Part shown: in pieces, positions 39,264 to 51,412 of the stretch
Numbering within the stretch: the first letter of the stretch is position 1
How the letters are laid out: the number at the start of each line of letters is the position of its first letter
Notes under the pieces: generated by a model
Seen by the model: only the letters and a program-made list of their open reading frames with translations
Databases searched by the model: none
What the model was told of the DNA's origin: nothing
Assembly: GCA_049512315.1 (NCBI GenBank)
Contig: JBEKXF010000018.1
Coordinates: 1 to 62,057 of the forward strand
DNA length: 62,057 bases
Reading direction: 5' to 3'
Source of the DNA: Candidatus Aminicenantales bacterium
GTDB lineage: Bacteria; Acidobacteriota; Aminicenantia; Aminicenantales; Saccharicenantaceae
Made by a program: the position numbers and the translations under genes

Positions 39264-39420
39264 AAAAGCTCGGGGGATTCCCTCCGTCGGGTCGCGGGTT
39301 TGTCCCGGCGAGCCAAACCCGCTTCGGTTCCGGGCCTCGCTCTCCTCGCCAAAGGGCGAGGATCCATGCCCGCTCGGCCCTCCACACGCCCTCCTCCGGG
39401 AACACCCCCTGCGCTTTTTT
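39264..39420. repeat. Structured intergenic element (MITE/REPIN-like)
   Basis: Imperfect terminal inverted repeats (AAAAGC..GGGGG..TTCCC / GGGAA..CCCCC..GCTTTT), internal hairpins GCGGGTTTG/CAAACCCGC and TCCTCGCC/GGCGAGGA; 17/18 match to 30349-30366. Confidence 0.5.
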
Positions 39421-39486
39421 CTTCTATCTTATATGTGGAGCTCGACGATGCCCTCGCCGACGAGGACATCGCCCAGTTCAGTTGTT

Positions 39487-40479
39487 TCAGATATGCAACT
39501 CGACGATGTCCTCGTCGGCGAGGACGTGGTCACGGGTGACGCGGAGCCCATCGATCCCTCCGCCTCGGCTCCAAACGCGGGCGTAGGCGAGCTTCTCGGA
39601 GAAATCCTTGTGGACGGCCCTGGCCATTTCGAGGACCGTGATCCCCTTACGCAAGGTGAAAGGCGAAGCGCTCTCCGGCTTTTTCCCCGGGATTTTGCTG
39701 TACACCCGGATGATGTGGAGCAGCCGGAAGATCGTCCTTCGCAGCTCCTCGAGTCCCCGGCCGGAGGCCGCGGATACGGGGATCTTTTCGACCGGCGTTT
39801 CGAGAAGGGCACCGAGCTCTTCGAGGCGGGCCGCTGCGCCCTCGGCGTCGATTTTGTTGGCCGCGATGGCGGCCCGCTTGAGGAACGGAAAGCGCTCGGG
39901 CGGGATGCCGGTGTCCGCCGGGACGAGCTCCACCTTCCGCTCCCTGAGCCGCTTGATGATGCCGTCGAGGACATCTGCGGCCGCCGAATCGGAGAGGTCG
40001 GCCACGAGGAGGGCGGCGTCGGCCATCTTGACCATCTCGGGGAACCAGGCCTCCATGAAGTCAGGCATCACGGGCGGCGTGTCGATGAGCTGAGCCTGGA
40101 TATTCTCGAAAGGCATCATGTAGGGCGCCGGGCGGAGTGTGGTGAAGGGGTAATCGGCGACCTCCGGCTCCGCACCCGTGAGGACCTTGACCAGAAGGGA
40201 CTTGCCGGCGTTCGGCGGACCCACGAGGACGACCTGCCCGGCCCCGGACTTTTCGATCTTGTGCCCCGTGCCGTGCTTGGCGGTCGACGGCCGGCGCTCG
40301 ATCTCCTCCTTGGCCTTGGCGATCTTCTGCCGGTACATCGCGATGAGCTTGTCCGTGCCTTTGTGGTGGGGGATGACGGCGATCAGCCGCTCGTAGATGT
40401 CGATCTTCTCCCGCGGATCGCGGGCCGTCCGCAGCTCGCTCTCGATCTTATGATATTCAGGCGGCAGGTTGGCCGGCAT
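39487..40479 (-). CDS. DRG/Obg-like GTPase with C-terminal TGS domain
   Basis: MPANLPPEY, IPHHKGTDKL, GPPNAGKS, YPFTT, DTPP, NKID, TGS end HVLADEDIVELHI. Confidence 0.88.
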   Translation of the reverse strand: MPANLPPEYHKIESELRTARDPREKIDIYERLIAVIPHHKGTDKLIAMYRQKIAKAKEEIERRPSTAKHGTGHKIEKSGAGQVVLVGPPNAGKSLLVKVLTGAEPEVADYPFTTLRPAPYMMPFENIQAQLIDTPPVMPDFMEAWFPEMVKMADAALLVADLSDSAAADVLDGIIKRLRERKVELVPADTGIPPERFPFLKRAAIAANKIDAEGAAARLEELGALLETPVEKIPVSAASGRGLEELRRTIFRLLHIIRVYSKIPGKKPESASPFTLRKGITVLEMARAVHKDFSEKLAYARVWSRGGGIDGLRVTRDHVLADEDIVELHI

Positions 40480-40720
40480 GGCGTCCTCGCTGTGGGGAAT
40501 TATATCGAAAACGATCGCCCAGGGACAGCCCCCCAGGAGCGGGCTGTCTATCTTTTTTCGTCCGCCGAGGGGCCCTGGGCCGCCGCTAACTGTGAGAAAA
40601 ACAGCCCCCCTCGGACGTCCTTTATCCTGTCGCCGGACTCCGGCGCAGGGCTGGAGGGCCGGGATGATTATAAATACCAGATAACAAAATAATTAAAATT
40701 AAAAAAAATGAGAAAAAGGC

Positions 40721-40750
40721 TTTACTTTTGGGCCTTTTTTTTGCTATAAT
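40721..40750 (+). promoter_or_regulatory. gyrB promoter with AT-rich upstream tract
   Basis: TTTACT-18bp-TATAAT with TG extended -10; A-tracts at 40680-40717. Confidence 0.65.
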
Positions 40751-40783
40751 AAAGTCTTGAAAAATGCCCATCGGGTGCCTTGA

Positions 40784-45692
<4,909 letters not shown>

Positions 45693-45708
45693 GCCGGTTA
45701 TTAGGAAA

Positions 45709-45727
45709 TGTGCTTTTTTATAGCACA
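45709..45727. promoter_or_regulatory. Putative enhancer (UAS) for a sigma54 activator
   Basis: Perfect palindrome TGTGCT-N7-AGCACA about 130 bp upstream of a -24/-12 promoter; variants at 48111 and 49869. Confidence 0.65.
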
Positions 45728-45852
45728 ACTTCTTGGCCGGGAAAACAACTGATTTCGTCCGGCCGGAGGCTTTGAATTGCCGGTCACCTGAAATTCCGCC
45801 TTTTTCCAGAGAGGAAATCAATTTCAAGACATTCTGAGAACGCGGAAAGATT

Positions 45853-45869
45853 CTGGCATGAAAACTGCA
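45853..45869 (+). promoter_or_regulatory. sigma54 promoter
   Basis: CTGGCATGAAAACTGCA, GG-N10-GC. Confidence 0.75.
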
Positions 45870-45964
45870 CTTATAGTATAAGTAGTTTCTCCCGAGTCCA
45901 TCGTGCCGTCCAATAGCGGCCGGGCGCGGGATGGCGAGATGGAAAAGAAAAAAAGGAGGTTTCT

Positions 45965-46111
45965 ATGCTTTGGACAATCCTGATCGTCCTGTTTATTTTA
46001 TGGGCCCTGGGATTTTTCGCGTTCCACGCCGGCGGCCTGATCCATATTCTTCTGGTCATCGCCGTGATCGTTCTGATCGTCCGACTGGTACAGGGACGGA
46101 GAGTTCTTTAG
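45965..46111 (+). CDS. lmo0937-family (DUF5670-like) 48-aa membrane protein, copy 1
   Basis: SD AAGGAGG; MLWTILIVLFILWALGFFAFHAGGLIHILLVIAVIVLIVRLVQGRRVL; below the ORF-track cutoff. Confidence 0.88.
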   Translation: MLWTILIVLFILWALGFFAFHAGGLIHILLVIAVIVLIVRLVQGRRVL

Positions 46112-46296
46112 AGGAAGATCTGACGGGGAGTCATTCTCCCGACTGATCTGAAAAGGGCGTCCTCTCGCGGGGGAAGACGCCCATTCTTACTCTGCTGGGG
46201 GCATTTTCCGAATTCAGCCGTGGTGAAAATCGATGTGACGGGCAATGGAAAATCCAAGGAGATCCCCCGATTTTAGGTTTGAGGAGGTCTAATTCC

Positions 46297-46509
46297 ATGA
46301 AGCTTGCGGGTATTGTTCTCATCGTTCTAGGAGCCCTGGCTCTGGCCTATCAGGGTATACGCTATACAACTCGGGAGAAGCTGATTGATATCGGCCCCCT
46401 CAAGGTCACGGCTACGGAGAAGAAGACCATCCCGCTGCCTCCGATCGTGGGCGGAGTGGCGATCGTCGCGGGTATCGCGCTGATCCTTGTGGAGCGCAGA
46501 AAGAAATAA
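46297..46509 (+). CDS. DUF3185-like small membrane protein
   Basis: SD GAGGAGG; TM helix - YTTREKLIDIGPLKVT..KTIPLPP - TM helix. Confidence 0.82.
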   Translation: MKLAGIVLIVLGALALAYQGIRYTTREKLIDIGPLKVTATEKKTIPLPPIVGGVAIVAGIALILVERRKK

Positions 46510-46579
46510 CGGAGTTTTCGCGGAGTCCGTTCCCGGCTGTCCACGACCCAGTTCCTTATCCTGACGCCCCTGCCCGGGC

Positions 46580-46608
46580 TTGACAAATCTTATTTCCTCT
46601 CTTAGAAT
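46580..46608 (+). promoter_or_regulatory. sigma70 promoter of the response regulator
   Basis: TTGACA-17bp-TAGAAT. Confidence 0.75.
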
Positions 46609-46638
46609 CTCCCTTAAACTAGAACCAGTGGAAATCCG

Positions 46639-48057
46639 ATGGCTTCTGTTCTGATCATCGATGATGATAAGCTCATTTGCGACTGGATCGCGAATGTCGT
46701 CACCCGATTAGGGCATCACGCCGTCTCGACGCACCTTCTCCGGGAGGGGCTCAGGAAAGTCCAATCCGAGTCATTCGACATCGTTTTTCTGGACGTCCAG
46801 ATGCCCGATGGAAGCGGCTTGGAGAGCATGCCGAAGATCAAAGCCGTCCGATCTTCCCCGGAAATCATCGTGATCACCGGGCGGGGCGATCCCGACGAGG
46901 CCGAACTCGCCATCCAAACCGGCGCCTGGGATTATCTGGAAAAGCCGGCTTCGTTCGAAGCCATCAAACTTCCCCTTCTCCGGGCTCTGGAATATCGAGC
47001 GGAAAGAAAACCGGGGAAGTCGTCGACCGTTTTGAAAAGAAACGGCATTATCGGAGATTCACAAAAGATCACTTCTTGTCTGGAACTTCTGGCCCAGGCG
47101 GCAAGCAGCGATGCCAATGTTCTCATCAACGGCGAAACCGGCACGGGAAAAGAGCTTTTTGCAAAGGTGGTCCATTATAACAGCCCTAGGGCCAAAAGAA
47201 ATTTCGTGGTCGTTGACTGCACGGCGCTTCCTGAGACACTCGTTGAAAGCGTTCTTTTCGGGCACGCGCGGGGAGCTTTTACCGGGGCTGAAACGAGTGA
47301 GGAGGGGTTGATCAAGCAGGCCGACGGAGGAACTCTTTTTTTAGATGAGATCGGGGAGTTGCCGTCATTGATCCAAAAAAAATTCCTCCGGGTCATTCAA
47401 GAGCACCGCTTCCGTCCTGTCGGAGGGCGTCGAGAAATCGAAAGCGATTTCAGGCTTGTGGCGGCGACAAACAGAAATCTGGAAACCATGGTCCGGGAGG
47501 GACGATTCCGGGAAGATCTCCTCTTTCGGCTTCGGACGATCGTGATTGACTCACCCCCGCTGAGAGAAATTCCCGAAGACATCAAAAAATTGACGGTCTT
47601 TTATATGGACGATTTGTGCGAGCGGTTTGGAATAGTCGCCAAACGGGCTTCTCCCGAATTCTGGGATGTCGTGGCCGAATATCAATGGCCCGGCAATGTG
47701 CGAGAACTGATCCAGGCTTTGGAGAAAGCGTTGCTTTCGGCAAAAGAAGAACCCATGCTGTTCCCCAAACACCTTCCGACGTATATTCGTATTCAGGTGG
47801 CCCGGAACTCTTTCCCGCAGAAGCCGACAAGCCAGGGCAAGCCAGAGATCCGCTCGAGCGCTCCCAAAGTGCCACCCAAATTGAAAGAGATGCGGACAGC
47901 AGCAGTTTCTGAAGCCGAGCGACAGTATCTGAAGGGCCTGATCTCTTTTGCGGGTGGAGATAACAACAAAGCATGCCGGATTTCCGGCCTGTCTCGCTCA
48001 AGATTCTATACTCTTCTCAGAAAGTACCGACCAACTGATGGGCGTTGGCCGGAATGA
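46639..48057 (+). CDS. NtrC-family sigma54-dependent response regulator (REC-AAA+-HTH)
   Basis: IIDDD, FLDVQMPD, GETGTGKE, GAFTGA, LFLDEIG, WPGNVREL, C-terminal HTH. Confidence 0.95.
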   Translation: MASVLIIDDDKLICDWIANVVTRLGHHAVSTHLLREGLRKVQSESFDIVFLDVQMPDGSGLESMPKIKAVRSSPEIIVITGRGDPDEAELAIQTGAWDYLEKPASFEAIKLPLLRALEYRAERKPGKSSTVLKRNGIIGDSQKITSCLELLAQAASSDANVLINGETGTGKELFAKVVHYNSPRAKRNFVVVDCTALPETLVESVLFGHARGAFTGAETSEEGLIKQADGGTLFLDEIGELPSLIQKKFLRVIQEHRFRPVGGRREIESDFRLVAATNRNLETMVREGRFREDLLFRLRTIVIDSPPLREIPEDIKKLTVFYMDDLCERFGIVAKRASPEFWDVVAEYQWPGNVRELIQALEKALLSAKEEPMLFPKHLPTYIRIQVARNSFPQKPTSQGKPEIRSSAPKVPPKLKEMRTAAVSEAERQYLKGLISFAGGDNNKACRISGLSRSRFYTLLRKYRPTDGRWPE

Positions 48058-48090
48058 TGCCGGTCATGGCCCTTAAAAAAACAGAGAATT

Positions 48091-48129
48091 AGTGCTTATT
48101 TATTGGAATGGGTGCTATTTAATAGAACA
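48091..48129. promoter_or_regulatory. Putative tandem UAS
   Basis: GGTGCT-N7-AGAACA at 48111-48129 plus a degenerate AGTGCT-N7-TGGAAT 20 bp upstream. Confidence 0.55.
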
Positions 48130-48208
48130 AATGGCCGCCGATTCCGGGGGAAAACGGCTCGTATAATTTCCTCATCCCTATAAAAAACTAATCTTCTGGG
48201 TTATGAAT

Positions 48209-48225
48209 TTGGCATGTTTCTTGAT
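48209..48225 (+). promoter_or_regulatory. sigma54-like promoter (variant -12)
   Basis: TTGGCATGTTTCTTGAT: good -24, -12 reads TTGA instead of TTGC. Confidence 0.5.
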
Positions 48226-48287
48226 TACGATTCAATAGGCATAAAGAGAAATGGCGCAGATTCGTTTTTAAAGGAAAATTTAAACCT

Positions 48288-48659
48288 ATGCAGCTGCTCT
48301 TTTATTCAAGTGCGGATGATCAGAATAACAAGAGACTTGAGGCGGCAGTCCATAAGGTGATCCCAGAAAGCAAAATAGAGCTCTTCAAAAGACTGGATGA
48401 TTTCAAAGAGAGACTCCGGATGCCAGTAGAACCGGATTCTATCGCAGTTCTCTCGGCTTCGGACCGGGAAGAGCTTCAGCAGATGCAGCTGCTCCGCGGG
48501 ATGCTCACGGAGATTTATGTCGTCCTCGTTATCCCGGATCGAAAGAAGGGCACCATCGAGCTCGCCCACCTCTTGTTGCCGCGATTCTTAAGCCAAAAAA
48601 ATGATAGTTTCGTAGATCTCAGCAAAGTCGTCAACAAAATGTATCGGAATTCTCACTGA
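48288..48659 (+). CDS. Hypothetical protein, receiver-like (beta/alpha)5 pattern without the canonical phospho-Asp
   Basis: SD AAGGA; alternating hydrophobic strands LLFYS/IELF/IAVLS/VVLVI/RFLS. Confidence 0.7.
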   Translation: MQLLFYSSADDQNNKRLEAAVHKVIPESKIELFKRLDDFKERLRMPVEPDSIAVLSASDREELQQMQLLRGMLTEIYVVLVIPDRKKGTIELAHLLLPRFLSQKNDSFVDLSKVVNKMYRNSH

Positions 48660-48801
48660 TCCTGTGAGATGATGGCCGGCCTTCTTCGCGGCGGGGACGG
48701 CGGATTCGGCCCCGGAAGCAGCGACGAATATGAAATTTCCCTCATAACGATCAACTTCCCGTCCCTCTCGATATCGCCGGTCATAAAAAATACTCCGGAG
48801 A

Positions 48802-49353
48802 TCAATTCTGTTTAGCTTTTTTCTCGATGTAAAGTCTCAGTTCGGTGAAAAAACTGCAATTATGATTTATTTGCATCTCGCCAACTTCTCTTTTTAAAAA
48901 ATTGACATTGAATGCAGATAAAACCTCGTCCTTATTTCCTCGGTTCCAGCCCAGCGCAAAGTCAAATCCGTGGAGATCAAATCCGTTCATAGAACCCAGG
49001 TGATGCACATTTTTGAATTTGAGCCAATGATTCTCAAAACCCAACTCGCCGAATTTTCTGATATCTTGAAGAGCATCTGTCTGTCTCTCTTTTTGATTTC
49101 TCTTGCCTGCCATTGAGCTCAGTATCTTTTCGGGAAGAGTCATTTTTAGCTCTCTCTCTATGATCGGTTTTGCGTTTTCAACCATGAGGAGGATTGCCAT
49201 TTCTTGTGCTTTTTTGTTTCTTCCCATATACCATAAGGCTATTTCATATCTCTTCCAAAAAATTAGCGAGCCGATGACAACACCGCCCACCATCAGGGCA
49301 ACGACGACTTTTCTCCAAACTCTTTTCCTGACTCTTGATCCGGTTTTGGTCAT
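48802..49353 (-). CDS. AT-rich orphan membrane-anchored hypothetical protein
   Basis: 183-aa ORF in AT-rich DNA, basic N-terminus followed by one TM helix. Confidence 0.65.
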   Translation of the reverse strand: MTKTGSRVRKRVWRKVVVALMVGGVVIGSLIFWKRYEIALWYMGRNKKAQEMAILLMVENAKPIIERELKMTLPEKILSSMAGKRNQKERQTDALQDIRKFGELGFENHWLKFKNVHHLGSMNGFDLHGFDFALGWNRGNKDEVLSAFNVNFLKREVGEMQINHNCSFFTELRLYIEKKAKQN

Positions 49354-49518
49354 TATGGCTTCTCGCTCTTATGTAGGAGGACGCCCTCTTCAAATCAAGT
49401 CGAGTGATGGACTTCCCGCCAGATCTCCCTCACGAAAATAGCCGCCGGACAGGCTCAAGCAAAGGTGGCGATGACGTCGATAACCGCAAAACGGCGTCTC
49501 TTTTTGGCGTTTTCTCCG

Positions 49519-49665
49519 CTAAAGAACTCTCCGGCCCTGCAGCAGTCGGACGATCAGAACGATCACGGCGATAACCAGGAGAATGTGGATCAAGCCGCCG
49601 GCGTGGAACGCGAAAAGCCCCAGAGCCCATAAAATAAACAGGACGATCAAGATTGTCCAAAGCAT
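49519..49665 (-). CDS. lmo0937-family 48-aa membrane protein, copy 2
   Basis: SD GAGGAGG; MLWTILIVLFILWALGLFAFHAGGLIHILLVIAVIVLIVRLLQGRRVL; 46/48 aa identical to copy 1. Confidence 0.88.
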   Translation of the reverse strand: MLWTILIVLFILWALGLFAFHAGGLIHILLVIAVIVLIVRLLQGRRVL

Positions 49666-49757
49666 GGAAACCTCCTCTTTTTCTTTTGCCTCTCGCCGTC
49701 CAGCGCCCTTTCGTTATCGGATGGCGCCATGGAATCGGAAAAGGCCACCAGTTTTAC

Positions 49758-49774
49758 TGCTATTTTCATGCCAA
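49758..49774 (-). promoter_or_regulatory. sigma54 promoter
   Basis: TTGGCATGAAAATAGCA on the minus strand, GG-N10-GC. Confidence 0.72.
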
Positions 49775-49868
49775 ATTCTTTCCGTATTTTCAGCAGGTTG
49801 AAGATCACCCTTCTTTAGGTCAAGGGCGGCCCGGCCATACGAATTGGGCTGGCTTCCTTCTCAGTAAT

Positions 49869-49906
49869 TGTCCTATTCAACAGCACATTTCCTATAAAAA
49901 CGCATA
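49869..49906. promoter_or_regulatory. Putative tandem UAS shared by divergent sigma54 promoters
   Basis: TGTCCT-N7-AGCACA (49869-49887) followed by TTTCCT-N7-CGCATA. Confidence 0.62.
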
Positions 49907-50031
49907 TTACCTGCCAAGCTGTCCCGAAAGGATTGTTAGGGGGGCCATCCTTTTCACCCCATTTGTCGTGGTATCAGGGCGTTGAAAGCGAGTCGCATAC
50001 ATGAAAGGGGAGAGGCAATAACGGAAATGAA

Positions 50032-50048
50032 TTGGCACACAATTCGCA
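50032..50048 (+). promoter_or_regulatory. sigma54 promoter
   Basis: TTGGCACACAATTCGCA, GG-N10-GC. Confidence 0.72.
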
Positions 50049-50076
50049 TAAGCTATTTAATGAAAGGAGAACGAAT

Positions 50077-51276
50077 ATGAAAAAAATCCTCTGGATCATT
50101 CCCGTGATTCTTTTGATCACGGCGGGCTACGCTGGGTATTTTTCTTCGCCTGGACTCGGCCATCCCGCTAGGGGGGGAAGTTCCATTGCCCCCAGTGCTC
50201 AAGAAGACACTTCCTTCTTTTATGATCGTTTGTCCCCCTATGGAAACTGGACCAACTTCAGCCCCTACGGCTACGTTTGGACCCCCAGGCAAATGGGCTA
50301 CCGCTGGCGGCCTTATAGCGATGGACATTGGGTCTGGACCGATGACGGCTGGACCTGGATCGCGAACGAGGAATGGGGAGATATTCCCTTCCATTATGGC
50401 CGCTGGGGCTGGGATAACGACATGGGCTGGTTTTGGGTTCCCGGCACGGACTGGGGCCCCGCCTGGGTGACCTGGAGGTCGAACGACCAATACATGGGCT
50501 GGGCGCCTCTTCCGCCTGGCGTCGAGTTCAGCGCCGGAATGAATTTCAATTCGCTTTCGATCAATATTCCCCTCAATTTCTGGGTCTTCATCCAAGGCCC
50601 GCATTTTCAGGACCAGAATCTCAATCCCTATGTCCTTCCGTTTGAGCGCAACCAGACGATCGTCAACTATACGTCGATGCACAACAACATCTACACCCGC
50701 AACAACAGGATCGTCAACGAAGGAATCGGGGTTGATGAGGTCCGTCGAATCACCGGGCGGGCCGTCCCCACCTACGGGCTGCAGGATGCCCGGCAGCCGG
50801 GACGTACGAAGGTCGTGGGCCAGGAGGTCCAGATGTTCCGGCCGGCCATCCGGCAAAATGAAGCCGCAAAACCAAAGGTCGTTTTGAACAGGGACCAGGC
50901 CCGGCAAGAGCTGGCTCCGGCCAAGATCTTCGAGCCGCGGACAAAGCAGGCCGTCAATACGGAAGCCGCGGCCGTTCAGAAGCGGCAAGCCGACGAAAAG
51001 GCCCTCCTCGAGAAAACCCAGTCGCAAGAGCTGCAGGACATGCAGCGCAAGAGCGCCGCCGCACAAGCGCAAGTCCGCGACACGGCTGCAAAAGCGAAGA
51101 TCCAGAAGGACTATCAGACCAAAACGGCCGAATTGCAGAAACAGCATCAAGCCGAGAAGCAACAGTTGACCGAACGGCACAAACAGGATACCGCGCAGGT
51201 CAAAAAGGTCGCCCAGCCGGCCAAGCAGGAGAAGCAGGCCCCGCCGGTCAAAAAGAAAAAGATCAATCAGGAGTAG
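50077..51276 (+). CDS. Secreted DUF6600-like protein with Gln/Lys-rich coiled-coil tail
   Basis: SD AAGGAG; FYDRLSPYGNW..YGYVW..WRPYSDGHWVWTDDGWTW..PFHYGRW..WGPAWVTW..GWAPLPP. Confidence 0.85.
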   Translation: MKKILWIIPVILLITAGYAGYFSSPGLGHPARGGSSIAPSAQEDTSFFYDRLSPYGNWTNFSPYGYVWTPRQMGYRWRPYSDGHWVWTDDGWTWIANEEWGDIPFHYGRWGWDNDMGWFWVPGTDWGPAWVTWRSNDQYMGWAPLPPGVEFSAGMNFNSLSINIPLNFWVFIQGPHFQDQNLNPYVLPFERNQTIVNYTSMHNNIYTRNNRIVNEGIGVDEVRRITGRAVPTYGLQDARQPGRTKVVGQEVQMFRPAIRQNEAAKPKVVLNRDQARQELAPAKIFEPRTKQAVNTEAAAVQKRQADEKALLEKTQSQELQDMQRKSAAAQAQVRDTAAKAKIQKDYQTKTAELQKQHQAEKQQLTERHKQDTAQVKKVAQPAKQEKQAPPVKKKKINQE

Positions 51277-51306
51277 GGCTGGGGTGGGTCGAGCTTTGAT
51301 CAACCC

Positions 51307-51352
51307 CTTCACGTCGGCCCCGAGAAGATACTTCTCGGGGCCGACGATGAAG
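51307..51352. repeat. Strong intergenic hairpin
   Basis: Perfect 16-bp stem CGTCGGCCCCGAGAAG-ATA-CTTCTCGGGGCCGACG; no U-tract. Confidence 0.7.
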
Positions 51353-51412
51353 AAAAGGCAGCCCATCAATCGCAGATGCGCGATCCCTAGTGTTTCTGTC
51401 AAGGAGGATGCC

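Noticed and set aside
40680..40760. AT-rich tract upstream of gyrB as a possible oriC
   Set aside because: No DnaA-box cluster and no dnaA/dnaN nearby; consistent with promoter UP elements.
45931..46146. ORF-track ORFs 45931-46146(+), 45871-46059(-), 49430-49660(-), 49583-49801(+)
   Set aside because: Alternative frames over the real 48-aa genes, whose frame has the SD and the synonymous substitution pattern.
48654..48784. 43-codon minus-strand ORF with a GGAG upstream
   Set aside because: No recognisable motif and no supporting homologous copy; insufficient support.
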